Of a stretch of 64,000 nucleotides of DNA, positions 49,528-60,229 are shown piece by piece; the first letter of the stretch is position 1, and each line of letters begins with the position of its first letter. Made by a program: the position numbers and the translations under genes. The notes beneath the pieces are model-generated. The model worked only from the letters and a program-made list of their open reading frames with translations. It was not told where the DNA came from and made no database searches. This DNA is from Gemmatimonadales bacterium (GTDB lineage Bacteria > Gemmatimonadota > Gemmatimonadetes > Gemmatimonadales > GWC2-71-9): contig JBBCJC010000001.1 of NCBI GenBank assembly GCA_037189525.1, positions 256,001-320,000 on the forward strand, in the 5' to 3' direction.

Positions 49528-50301
49528 ATGCAGGACCAACTGACCATCGGCGGCGTGACCTTTCGGTCGCGCCTCTTCGTCGGCACCGGGAAGTACCGCA
49601 GCAACACCGAGATGCTCGACGCCATCCGGACCTCGGGGGCGGATTGTGTCACCGTGGCGGTGCGCCGCGTCGACCTGAATCGGGGTAACGAGGAAGGCAT
49701 CCTCCATCATCTCGACCCAAAAGAATATTTCCTGCTGGCCAACACCGCCGGCTGCTACACCGCCGACGAAGCGATCCGCTATGCCCGGCTGGCGCGTGAG
49801 GCGGGCTTCAACGAGTTCGTCAAACTCGAAGTCATCGGCGACAAGGAAACCCTGCTGCCCGATACCGAGGGGCTGCTGGAAGCGAGCCGGGTGCTGGTCA
49901 AAGAGGGCTTCAAGGTCCTGGCCTACACCAACGACGATCTGATCACGGCGCTCCGCCTCGAGGACGCAGGCTGCGCAGCCGTGATGCCCCTCGCCTCCCC
50001 GATCGGCTCGGGGCTCGGCCTGCTCAATCCGTACAGCATCCGGACCATCAAGCGCCGGCTCCAGGTGCCGATCATCGTCGACGCGGGTGTCGGCACGGCG
50101 TCGGACGCCTGCCTGGTCATGGAACAGGGGGTCGACGGCATTCTGATGAACACCGCCCTGGCCGAAGCCACGGATCCGGTGCTGATGGCGGCCGCGATGC
50201 GCGACGCGACGGCCGCTGGACGCGCTGCGTACCTTGCAGGCCGGATGCACCGGCGCGAAATCGCGGTGCCTTCGACTCCCGATCGCGGCAAGCTGGACTG
50301 A
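49528..50301 (+). CDS. thiG: Thiazole synthase
   Basis: SRLFVGTGKY, NTAGC, VKLEVIGD, SPIGSG, DAGVGTASD. Confidence 0.97.
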   Translation: MQDQLTIGGVTFRSRLFVGTGKYRSNTEMLDAIRTSGADCVTVAVRRVDLNRGNEEGILHHLDPKEYFLLANTAGCYTADEAIRYARLAREAGFNEFVKLEVIGDKETLLPDTEGLLEASRVLVKEGFKVLAYTNDDLITALRLEDAGCAAVMPLASPIGSGLGLLNPYSIRTIKRRLQVPIIVDAGVGTASDACLVMEQGVDGILMNTALAEATDPVLMAAAMRDATAAGRAAYLAGRMHRREIAVPSTPDRGKLD

Positions 50302-50304
50302 CGG

Positions 50305-51597
50305 TTGAGTCGAGAGACCGGCCTCACCCCGCGGTTTGCCGCCTGGCGGATCCTCCACGACGTCCGCCTGGGTGTTCCCTTCGACGTGGCCCTGGGCCGC
50401 GCCATCGTCGGCCTCGAACCCGACGATCGCCGGCTGACCCATCAGCTGGCCGCGGGCGTGTTCCGGATGCGCAGCCAGCTGGACAGCATCCTCGAAGGTG
50501 CCGTGTCCCGCGGCACCGCGAGCGTCAAACCGGATACGCTCGACGTGCTGCGCATCGGCGTGTTTCAGTTGCGCGCCCTGGATCGGATCCCGGCCCACGC
50601 GGCGGTGCAGACCTCGGTCGAGGCAGCCCGGCGGGTCGGCGGTGAAAAGGTGGCCGGTTTCGTCAACGCGGTGCTCCGGCGAGTAGCGGCCCAACCCGCG
50701 GCGTTCGACGCGGTGCCTCCGGATCTTGCCGCCGAGCACTCGCATCCGCCCTGGCTGGTCGAACGCTGGCTTGCCCAACTCGGCGAAACGGACACGACCC
50801 GCCGGTTGGAATGGAACAACACCCAGCCGCCGCTCATCCTCCAGCCGGCCCGCTGGCCGATGGATCGGCTGCTCCGGGAACTCGACGCCGCGGGGGTAGA
50901 CTACCACCACGCGCCCTACGGAGCTGGCGTGGTCGTATCGGTGCGGAGTCCCACCGAGATCCCCGGCTTCGCCGACGGCGGCTTCGTCGTCCAGGACTCG
51001 GCGCAGCGGCTGGTCGCCCAGTTCTGCGAACCTGGCGGTGGTGTCCTGTACGACGCCTGCGCCTCGCCCGGTGGCAAGACGGTGGCCCTGGCCGGCCGGT
51101 CCCGCCAGATCATAGCCGCCGACCGGACCAGGGCCCGGGTTGCCCGGCTCCGGGAGACGGTCGAACGGGCCGCGGCGGGCGTGGTCTGGCCGATCCGGGC
51201 AGACGCCGCAGCGCCGCCGCTCAAACGGGTCGATGCCGTGTTGCTCGACGTTCCCTGCCTGGGCACCGGAACTTTTGCGCGAAACCCAGACGCTCGCTGG
51301 CGGGTCACGCCCGACGCCCTGAAGGACCTGGCGGCGCAGGCCCATCGCTTCCTCGGAGCGGTCGCGGAAATCGTCGCCCCGGGTGGTCTGTTATTATTCG
51401 CGACATGCTCCCTCGAGCCGGAAGAGAACGAGTGGCAGATCGATCGGTTCCTGGCCGAGGACGGACGGTTCCGCCGGGACCCCGGGAAGGCGGTCCCCGC
51501 TGAGTTACTCAGTCCGGCCGGCGACCTCGTCCTGCTGCCCGAACGGCATGGGACCGATGGCGCCTATGCCGCACGCCTGCGCAAACTGACGGAATGA
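50305..51597 (+). CDS. rsmB: 16S rRNA m5C967 methyltransferase (Sun/RsmB)
   Basis: NusB-like N-domain (FVNAVLR), SHP.WL, VQD, DACASPGGK, DVPC.GTG, TCS...EENE. Confidence 0.9.
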   Translation: MSRETGLTPRFAAWRILHDVRLGVPFDVALGRAIVGLEPDDRRLTHQLAAGVFRMRSQLDSILEGAVSRGTASVKPDTLDVLRIGVFQLRALDRIPAHAAVQTSVEAARRVGGEKVAGFVNAVLRRVAAQPAAFDAVPPDLAAEHSHPPWLVERWLAQLGETDTTRRLEWNNTQPPLILQPARWPMDRLLRELDAAGVDYHHAPYGAGVVVSVRSPTEIPGFADGGFVVQDSAQRLVAQFCEPGGGVLYDACASPGGKTVALAGRSRQIIAADRTRARVARLRETVERAAAGVVWPIRADAAAPPLKRVDAVLLDVPCLGTGTFARNPDARWRVTPDALKDLAAQAHRFLGAVAEIVAPGGLLLFATCSLEPEENEWQIDRFLAEDGRFRRDPGKAVPAELLSPAGDLVLLPERHGTDGAYAARLRKLTE

Positions 51598-52370
51598 CCC
51601 GAAAGAATCCGGTCGCGCGCCGTACGACCACCCGTCGCTCCTGGTTACCCAAAACGGTACCGGGACGGCGGCGTCTGATGACGCTCGTCGTGCTGCTGGC
51701 CGCCGGCGCCGCCGGGTATCTGGCCACCTGCATTGCCTATCCCACACCGGTGTTCCGTCGGGATCATGCGGTGCCGCGGGTCATCGGCCTGCCCATCACC
51801 GACGCCGAACGGCTGCTCACCAACCAGGGATTTCGGGCCCATGTGGTGGGCGACGAACCCGATCCCGACGTACCGGGCGGCGCCGTCCTCTGGCAGGATC
51901 CGCCGCCCGACCTGATTGCGCCGCTAGGCACGACCGTCGACCTGACCCGGAGTACGGGGCCTGCCCCGGTGCCGGTCCCGGACGTGAGCGATTTCGAACT
52001 GGAGGACGCCCGCCGGGTCCTGACAGCGGCGGGCCTGCTGGCGGGTAGCGTCGACAGCGTACCAAGCGGCACGCCGCCCGGGATCGTGACCGGCACCCGT
52101 CCGCCCGCCGGCTCGGCCCGCCCGCCGGGTACCGCCGTCGACATCCTGGTCAGCCAGGGTACCAGCGGAGCCAGCGTACCGAACGTGGTGGGGCTCCGCC
52201 AGGACGAAGCCGAGCGGCAGCTGCAGGCCGCCGGATTTCAGGTCGGCCGCGTCCTCCGCGCCGAAGGCCGCCGAGGTCCGCCGGGCACCGTGGTAGAACA
52301 ACGTCCCAATGCCGGCACGCCGGCGCCGCGCCGAGCGCGCGTGGATCTGACCGTGACCGAGGTACTGTGA
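51594..52370 (+). CDS. Membrane-anchored PASTA-domain protein, three PASTA repeats, no kinase
   Basis: Basic N-tail, one TM, VPRVIGL / VPDVSDF / VPNVVGL repeats. Confidence 0.88.
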   Translation: MTRKNPVARRTTTRRSWLPKTVPGRRRLMTLVVLLAAGAAGYLATCIAYPTPVFRRDHAVPRVIGLPITDAERLLTNQGFRAHVVGDEPDPDVPGGAVLWQDPPPDLIAPLGTTVDLTRSTGPAPVPVPDVSDFELEDARRVLTAAGLLAGSVDSVPSGTPPGIVTGTRPPAGSARPPGTAVDILVSQGTSGASVPNVVGLRQDEAERQLQAAGFQVGRVLRAEGRRGPPGTVVEQRPNAGTPAPRRARVDLTVTEVL

Positions 52371-52371
52371 G

Positions 52372-53052
52372 ATGACGCGCCGTCCCGCCCGTATCGCCCC
52401 TTCCGTGCTCTCGGCGGACCTGGGACATCTGGCAGAGCAGATCAAAGAACTCGAGGCCGGTGACGCCGACTGGATCCATATCGATGTCATGGACGGTCAC
52501 TTCGTTCCGAATCTGACCTTCGGGGCGCCGCTGATCAAAGCGCTGCGCAAGCTGACCGACCTGCCGCTCGACGTCCACCTGATGGTCGAGCGGCCCGAGC
52601 AGTACATCGCCGAATATGCGGCGCTCGGCGCCAACGTGTTCACCTTCCATCCGGAAGCCACGATTCACGTCCAGCGCCAACTGGCGGCCGTGCGCGATGC
52701 CGGCATGCAGGCCGGCCTCGCCCTCAACCCCGCCACGCCCCTGTCGGCCATCGAAGAGGTCATTCCGGATCTCGACCTGGTGCTGGTGATGTCGGTCAAT
52801 CCCGGTTTCGGCGGACAGAGCTACATCCCGAGCGCCACGGGCAAGATTGCCCGGATTCGCCGGTTGCTCGACGAGGCCGGGAGCTCTGCGGTGCTCGAAG
52901 TGGATGGCGGTGTCACCATCCACACGATCGGCGCCGCATATCACGCGGGGGCAGACACCTTCGTGGCGGGTACTGCAGTATTCGGCGCGGCGCGAATCGA
53001 CGGCGCCATTCGGCTCCTCAAGTCTTCCTGCACATCCGGGAGCTCGGCCTGA
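52372..53052 (+). CDS. rpe: Ribulose-phosphate 3-epimerase
   Basis: IAPSVLSAD, HIDVMDGHFVPN, DVHLM, MSVNPGFGGQ, EVDGG. Confidence 0.97.
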   Translation: MTRRPARIAPSVLSADLGHLAEQIKELEAGDADWIHIDVMDGHFVPNLTFGAPLIKALRKLTDLPLDVHLMVERPEQYIAEYAALGANVFTFHPEATIHVQRQLAAVRDAGMQAGLALNPATPLSAIEEVIPDLDLVLVMSVNPGFGGQSYIPSATGKIARIRRLLDEAGSSAVLEVDGGVTIHTIGAAYHAGADTFVAGTAVFGAARIDGAIRLLKSSCTSGSSA

Positions 53053-53088
53053 GCCCAGCTCCCGGCAGGCGCGCATACTGCCGTTGAA

Positions 53089-54537
53089 TCAGAGCGGGCC
53101 GCGCAACCAGGGTCCCCACAGCGCATAGGTTGCGCTTGGGCGGGTACCTCGGGTCGACGTATCGCCCTGGATATTGAAGAACAGGACCTCGCCGTCCGAG
53201 CTGAAGCAGACGCCGGCAAACTCGCGCGGCGGCAGTTGGCCTTCGCGGATCGGCTGGCGGACCAGATCGATGATCCGACCGCTCCGGTCGAGCCCGCGCA
53301 GGAAGAGAGCACCCCCTCCGTCTTCGCAGATCACCAGCCCGCCACGCGGTGTCGTGCAGATGTTGTCCGGCGCGTTGAGCACCTCGGCCGCGGGCGACTC
53401 GAAGACGAGGGTCAGTTCTCCCTCCGCAGCTGACAAGGGCCGGTAGAAAAAGACCTGGCCGGCGCGGGCATCGCCGCCGTTGGTGGAGACCAGGTAGATG
53501 CCGCCGTCTCCGTACCAGGCGCCTTCGAGACGCGCAAAGATGGCTGCACCCTTGGCCAGACCTTCACGGAATACGGTTGTCGGGTCGGTTTCGGCGGCCT
53601 CCGGATCAGGCGCCTCGATGTCCACCCAGGTCACCGGCAGGCTCATGCCCGCCGTCTGTCCCCGTGCCGTCAGATACCGCGGACGATCCTGTACCGCCAG
53701 AATCTGCAGCCGCCCTCCCTCAGCCAGTTCCCCGGCGCGCTTCGGAATAAAGCGGTAGAAGCCGGCGCCCGGTCGGTCCGCACGTTCGGGGTCGTACCAG
53801 GCGTCCTCCGTTTCGTAGACGATGCCGGTGGCGGGGTCGACGGCAATCGCTTCGTGAACGAAACGGCCCATCTCCCGAAGTGCAATCGGTTCGACCGGCT
53901 CCGTTGCAGCGGCCGGCACTTCGAAGACATAGCCGTGCGGCCGGTCGAAGCCGTGGGTCGGACCGGCGCAGTTCTCCTCGCAACTGAGCCACGATCCCCA
54001 GGGCGTCGGACCGCCGGCGCAGTTGACCCGAGTCCCGGCCAGCGACACGTACTCGTCGATCACCTCGATCCGGCGGGTGGCCCCCGCCCCGCGAATCCGT
54101 ACTTCCAGCGACGTCGTCCCGCCGGTCGCCTTCGGGTCGTAGCACCGCGCTGCCAATGCGGGAGCGGCACCGGCGGGGTCGCCCATCTCGTGATTGCGAA
54201 TCAAGCGGACGTTCCCATTCGGCAACCGGAACGACGCCATGCCATCGAAGGCGTTGGGAATGATCAAATCGGGGCGGGCTGCCGCGGGCTTGAGCGCCTC
54301 GCTGATCCGCATCACGTGAAAGTGTTCCGGAATTTCCAACTCGGGACAGGTTGGGCTTTGGCGGAGTTCACCGTATCCCACGGCCCGCTGAAAGGCCTGT
54401 CGTCGCGCCGTGGCGGCGCGGGCCAGCGAGGGGGTGGCAGAGTTCCAGGCCGCCAGCCCAGCAAGCGACGGCGCGACCAGGGCGGCGGCGCCCGTTCTCG
54501 TCAGGGCCGAGAGAAAGGTCCTTCTGCGGAGCGTCAT
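53089..54537 (-). CDS. phoX: PhoX-family alkaline phosphatase (DUF839), Tat-exported
   Basis: MTLRRRTFL Tat motif; DGM, RNHE, NCAGG.TPWGSWLSCEE, GRFVHEA, PDN, CEDG. Confidence 0.9.
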   Translation of the reverse strand: MTLRRRTFLSALTRTGAAALVAPSLAGLAAWNSATPSLARAATARRQAFQRAVGYGELRQSPTCPELEIPEHFHVMRISEALKPAAARPDLIIPNAFDGMASFRLPNGNVRLIRNHEMGDPAGAAPALAARCYDPKATGGTTSLEVRIRGAGATRRIEVIDEYVSLAGTRVNCAGGPTPWGSWLSCEENCAGPTHGFDRPHGYVFEVPAAATEPVEPIALREMGRFVHEAIAVDPATGIVYETEDAWYDPERADRPGAGFYRFIPKRAGELAEGGRLQILAVQDRPRYLTARGQTAGMSLPVTWVDIEAPDPEAAETDPTTVFREGLAKGAAIFARLEGAWYGDGGIYLVSTNGGDARAGQVFFYRPLSAAEGELTLVFESPAAEVLNAPDNICTTPRGGLVICEDGGGALFLRGLDRSGRIIDLVRQPIREGQLPPREFAGVCFSSDGEVLFFNIQGDTSTRGTRPSATYALWGPWLRGPL

Positions 54538-54641
54538 GAGCCATCCTTCGCATCTGCGTTCGGTAACTAGCTTGCTGCGCTGGAACGTCGACTTCTGGAA
54601 CTCCAATCCATCGCAATCAATATAGAGGCGACATCGGCCGA

Positions 54642-54723
54642 GTTACCCGACCGTGACCGGATCGGCCCGCCCCATACGGCGCCGATACACAGCTGTGACG
54701 GCACCCGAGATCGTTGGTGATGT
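54642..54723. promoter_or_regulatory. Pho-box-like 11-bp-phased repeats in the phoX/TonB receptor divergent region
   Basis: Minus strand CGGTCAC-ggtc-GGGTAAC (54659-54642); also CCGTCAC at 54701-54695 and ACATCAC 22 bp away. Confidence 0.35.
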
Positions 54724-54795
54724 CGCTCGGGGATACTCCCGTATTCCCGCGGCGCCGCCGCCATCATCGATCCATTCCGTCCCGACTCGAGACCG

Positions 54796-57579
54796 ATGCG
54801 ACTCTCTCCCTTCCGATCGTTCCTGGCAGCCCTGCTCCTGAGCGCAGGCACTGCACCTCTCGCCGCCCAAGGGGGCCTCCTCTCGGGAACCGTGCTCGAT
54901 GACGGCAGCGGCATCGCGGTTACCGGCGCCGTCATCCGGATCGGGGCCCTCGAACGGGAAACCGTCACCGACCGGAACGGCCGCTTCGTGCTGACCGGTC
55001 TTCCGGCAGGTACGCACGTCGTGCTGGCCCGCTACATCGGGTATCAGCCGCTCGAGCGTTCCATCACGATCACGGCCGGCGCCTCCACCACGCTGGAGTT
55101 CCGCCTCGCCCCCGCCGAAACGCAGTTGGGCGATCTGATCGTGATCGGCGCCCGGGCCGGCCAGGCTGCGGCGCTCAATCAGCAGATGAACGCGCCGAAC
55201 GTGACCAACGTGATCGCGGCGGACCAGATCGGCCGCTTTCCCGATGCCAACCTCGGTGACGCCCTCAAGCGCATTCCGGGAATCAGCATCGGACTCGATC
55301 AGGGCGAAGCCCGCTTCGGATCGATCCGGGGCACCGAGCCTCGCTTCAACACGGTCATGATCAACGGCGAGCGAGTCCCGTCCGCCGAGGCCGAGGTCCG
55401 GGAGGTGCAGCTGGATCTGATCCCCGCGGACATCGTCCAAGCCGTCGAGGTCAACAAAACCCTGACCCCCGACATGGATGCCGACGCCATCGGCGGCGCC
55501 GTCAACGTCGTTACCCGGGCCGCGCCGCCGGAACGCCGGATCGCTGCGACGATCGGCGGGGGTTACAACTTCATCCGCAACAAGGCCTCGACCGTCGGCT
55601 CCGTGGTAGTGGGCAGCCGGTTCCTGGACGATCGCTTCGGCGTCATCGTCAGTGGCTCCTACTACGATCATCGCTTCGGATCCGACAACAAGGAAGGGAT
55701 CTGGAATCAGACCGACGACGGCCGGGCCTACATCGAGGAATTTGATGTCCGCCGGTACGACGTGCAGCGGACCCGTCGCTCGATCTCGGCGTCGCTGGAT
55801 TGGCGGCTGGGCGAAACGAGCACCATCATGTTCCGGTCGCTGTACAACCACCGCGACGACTGGGAAAACCGCTTCCGGCTCCGCTACGCATTCGACGAGC
55901 CCGAAGCGGACGGCACTCAAACCGCCGAGATTCGGCGGCAGACCAAAGGCGGCGGCCCGGAAAACCGCCTGAAGCAGGCCCGGCTCGAAGATCAGCGGAC
56001 CCAGAGCCACCAGCTCTCCGGTGAGCATCTGCTCGGACCGGTGACGCTGCGATGGGCCGGGAGTATTGCCCGCGCGTCGGAAACCCGTCCTGACGAGCGG
56101 TACATCGAATGGCGGGCTCAGGATGTCGCCATCCTCCCCAATTACACGAACCAGATGGAACCACAGTTCGCCGCCGTGACGCCTTCGCAGGAAGCGGCCA
56201 GTGCGTTCCGATTCCGCCGGATCGAAGTCCTCGAGAGCCTGACCGAGGACAAAGACCGCAACGCCCGCATCGACCTCGCGATCCCGATCGGGGCGGGACA
56301 AACCTCGCGGATTCAGTTCGGCGCCCGGTATCGGGGCAAGGACAAGTTCCGCGACAACCGGTTCGATCGCGCTGCGCCGGCCAACCCGGGCGAGTTCGCG
56401 TCACTGACCTCGACCCCGAGCCAGGACTACACCACCAGTCGCAACTATGCCGGGCACTACGCCTATGGCGCCTTCAGCACACCCGACTTCCTCGCCTCGT
56501 TGCCGGTGTTCGACGCCACCCGCTTTACGCTGCAGGATCAGCCGGGCGAGTACGCCGCCGGCAACTACGACGCCAGCGAATCGATCGGCGCCGGCTACGC
56601 CATGCTCGAGCAGCAGCTGGCCCGAACGGTCTCCGTGATTGCCGGCGTCCGGGTCGAGCGGACCAGTGTGAACTATCAGGGCTACGAGTTCGATATCGAT
56701 GAGGAAACGGTTCGCCAGACCCGCGGTACCCGGGCATACACCGACGTGTTGCCGAGCATCAACCTGCGTTGGGATGCCGCGCCGCATACGGTCGTTCGCG
56801 CGGCCTGGACCTCGACACTGGCTCGCCCCAACTACTACGACCTGGTTCCCTACCGGGCCATCAGTCTGGACGACAATGAGCTGGAAACGGGCAATCCGAA
56901 CCTCCAGACCACCCGGTCGATGAACTGGGACTTGATGATCGAGCGCTACTTCGAGTCGGTCGGCCTGATCTCGGTCGGGTTCTTCCACAAGTCGATCAGC
57001 GACTTCATCTTCAATTTCACCGAGTTCAATGCCGTCGATCCGGTTTCCGGCCTGACTTTTTCGCGGATCAGCCAGCCGCGCAACGGCGCATCGGCACGAC
57101 TGACCGGCGTCGAGCTGGCTGCCCAGCGGCAGCTCAACTTCCTGCCCGGCGTGCTTCGCTACCTGGGCATCTACGCCAACTATACCTTCAACTCGTCGAG
57201 CGTGTCGGGGCTGGACATCGAGGGCCGGAGTCTCGAGTCGCTGCCCCTCCTGGGCACGGCCAAGCACAACGGCAACATCTCGCTGTCGTTCGATGCTCCG
57301 CGGGTCAGCCTCCGCGCCGCCATCAACTATCAGAGCGAGTCGCTGGATGCCGGCGAGGGCGGGTACAACGAAGAGGCGTTCTTCGATCGCTGGGCCGACC
57401 GGCGGACCGACATCGACCTCAACGGGAGCGTCCGCATCCTCCCGACGATGCAGTTCTTCTTCGATGCCAACAACCTGACCAACCGGCCGCTGCGGTTCTA
57501 TCAGGGTACCCGGGGTCGGCTGATGCAGGACGAGTACTACGGCCGGCGGATTCAGACCGGACTCAAGTTCGACTTCTGA
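54796..57579 (+). CDS. TonB-dependent receptor
   Basis: Signal peptide; carboxypeptidase-like N-domain; plug IGRFPD.N..DALKRIPG, DQGEARF, NKTLTPDMDADAIGG; GNP.L; ends KFDF. Confidence 0.95.
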   Translation: MRLSPFRSFLAALLLSAGTAPLAAQGGLLSGTVLDDGSGIAVTGAVIRIGALERETVTDRNGRFVLTGLPAGTHVVLARYIGYQPLERSITITAGASTTLEFRLAPAETQLGDLIVIGARAGQAAALNQQMNAPNVTNVIAADQIGRFPDANLGDALKRIPGISIGLDQGEARFGSIRGTEPRFNTVMINGERVPSAEAEVREVQLDLIPADIVQAVEVNKTLTPDMDADAIGGAVNVVTRAAPPERRIAATIGGGYNFIRNKASTVGSVVVGSRFLDDRFGVIVSGSYYDHRFGSDNKEGIWNQTDDGRAYIEEFDVRRYDVQRTRRSISASLDWRLGETSTIMFRSLYNHRDDWENRFRLRYAFDEPEADGTQTAEIRRQTKGGGPENRLKQARLEDQRTQSHQLSGEHLLGPVTLRWAGSIARASETRPDERYIEWRAQDVAILPNYTNQMEPQFAAVTPSQEAASAFRFRRIEVLESLTEDKDRNARIDLAIPIGAGQTSRIQFGARYRGKDKFRDNRFDRAAPANPGEFASLTSTPSQDYTTSRNYAGHYAYGAFSTPDFLASLPVFDATRFTLQDQPGEYAAGNYDASESIGAGYAMLEQQLARTVSVIAGVRVERTSVNYQGYEFDIDEETVRQTRGTRAYTDVLPSINLRWDAAPHTVVRAAWTSTLARPNYYDLVPYRAISLDDNELETGNPNLQTTRSMNWDLMIERYFESVGLISVGFFHKSISDFIFNFTEFNAVDPVSGLTFSRISQPRNGASARLTGVELAAQRQLNFLPGVLRYLGIYANYTFNSSSVSGLDIEGRSLESLPLLGTAKHNGNISLSFDAPRVSLRAAINYQSESLDAGEGGYNEEAFFDRWADRRTDIDLNGSVRILPTMQFFFDANNLTNRPLRFYQGTRGRLMQDEYYGRRIQTGLKFDF

Positions 57580-57607
57580 CCACGGCTCACTGCCCGGCAG
57601 TATACGC

Positions 57608-57649
57608 GCCGCCCCGTTCACCCAAGCCGTGAACGGGGCGGTTGCTTTT
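57608..57649 (+). terminator. Rho-independent terminator
   Basis: CCGCCCCGTTCAC / GTGAACGGGGCGG 13-bp stem then TTGCTTTT. Confidence 0.85.
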
Positions 57650-57720
57650 CGTAGGCCATTCTGCTGCCGGCCGATCGTGTTATTCTAGGAACAGCAGTCT
57701 TCCCGAGTTGTGGAGGGACA

Positions 57721-58176
57721 ATGACGCTGGTACTGCCGTTCCGGCTCAAGGTACCCGGCAAGGATGAGTTCGAAGGGATCAACGTGGTCAGCACCACGTT
57801 CCGGGTCCACGGCTTCCTTCGTTTCGACGGCTACATGCTCTCGGTCGAATGGGGCGGCGAAATCGCCATCCAGGAAGTCGGCACCAAAATTTCGGACGAG
57901 ACCGAACCGCTGCAGGACGAGCGGATCGACCTGCCGATCACCGACATCCACCGCGCCTCGCTGGCGGGTGGCTGGTTTCGGCCCCGGCTCGAACTGCAAG
58001 CCCGGCGACTCGGCGCCCTCTCCTACATTCCCACCGAGAAGCTCGGCGTGGTCAAGTTCTGGTACGACCGCTCCGAGCGGTTCAACGCAATCGCCATGGC
58101 CCAAGCTCTCGAGGAGGCCATCACATCAGGCGGTACCCGCCCGCTGATCGACGATTCCGTGATCACGCCTACCTAA
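57721..58176 (+). CDS. Hypothetical protein, beta-rich with C-terminal helix (possibly PH-like)
   Basis: RBS GGAGG; clean ORF with coding-like codon use. Confidence 0.7.
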   Translation: MTLVLPFRLKVPGKDEFEGINVVSTTFRVHGFLRFDGYMLSVEWGGEIAIQEVGTKISDETEPLQDERIDLPITDIHRASLAGGWFRPRLELQARRLGALSYIPTEKLGVVKFWYDRSERFNAIAMAQALEEAITSGGTRPLIDDSVITPT

Positions 58177-58328
58177 GCTCGAGCGGCACCAGAGAAAATC
58201 CATCGAGACGGCAAAAGCATACAACGGCGAGGATGACGGTTCCTGCGCCGTTTCGTCGTATGGGCAGGATAGGGGCATCGCCAAGAATTCGAGCGCCCCC
58301 GCCTTACCTAACGATTCTGGAGTTTCCC

Positions 58329-58808
58329 ATGCATCGCACCTTCCGCTCCGTCGCCCTCACGACGCTCGTCCTTTTCGGCGCCGCCTGCGGCAACGACACG
58401 GGGCCTAACGATCCGCCACCGCTTGCCAACGGGACCATGACCGCCCGGATCGACGGCTCGGCGTGGCGCGCCTCGATCACCATCGTCGCGACGTACCAGG
58501 GCGGCATCCTTGCCGTCGCCGGCGGCGACCCCGTGAGCGGTGGCACGCGCACCATCGGGTTTGCCGCCGTGGTGGCCGCGCCGGGCACCTTTCCCATTGG
58601 CGGCACCGGACCGGCCAACGGCCTCGTGACGATCGGAAGCTCGACCTGGCAGGCCGCCGCCGGAACCGGCAGCGGTTCGATCACCGTCACCGCCATCTCG
58701 GCCACCGGCGCCCGGGGCACCTTTCAGTTCAACGCTCTTCCCGTAGCCAGCACACCCGCGACCGGAACCCGCGCAATCACCGAGGGCAGCTTCGACGTGA
58801 CGTTCTGA
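58329..58808 (+). CDS. Small beta-rich lipoprotein (DUF6252-like)
   Basis: RBS GGAG; lipobox GAAC; MTARIDG..W; GSITVT...GTFQF; ITEGSFDV.F. Confidence 0.75.
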   Translation: MHRTFRSVALTTLVLFGAACGNDTGPNDPPPLANGTMTARIDGSAWRASITIVATYQGGILAVAGGDPVSGGTRTIGFAAVVAAPGTFPIGGTGPANGLVTIGSSTWQAAAGTGSGSITVTAISATGARGTFQFNALPVASTPATGTRAITEGSFDVTF

Positions 58809-58874
58809 CGCCGGCAGGTCACCAGAGCGGGAGACAGGGTTAGCTTTCCGGGAACTCCACCCTGTGCCGAATCC

Positions 58875-60116
<1,242 letters not shown>

Positions 60117-60171
60117 ACCGCGGCACGGCGGCAGATGCCCCCGCGGGCGAGCGTTTCCCCAGCCGGCGGCA

Positions 60172-60197
60172 GGAACCTGGCCCCTCCGTTGTCCGTA
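60172..60197 (+). promoter_or_regulatory. Candidate ECF-sigma promoter
   Basis: GGAAC-N17-CGTA, 32 nt upstream of the SDR ATG. Confidence 0.4.
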
Positions 60198-60229
60198 TGG
60201 TTCTGACAGCCACTCATCCAGAGGACCCC

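Noticed and set aside
58190..58290. GGCAAA as part of a c-di-GMP-I riboswitch
   Set aside because: The GNRA loop/receptor and second stem pattern are absent
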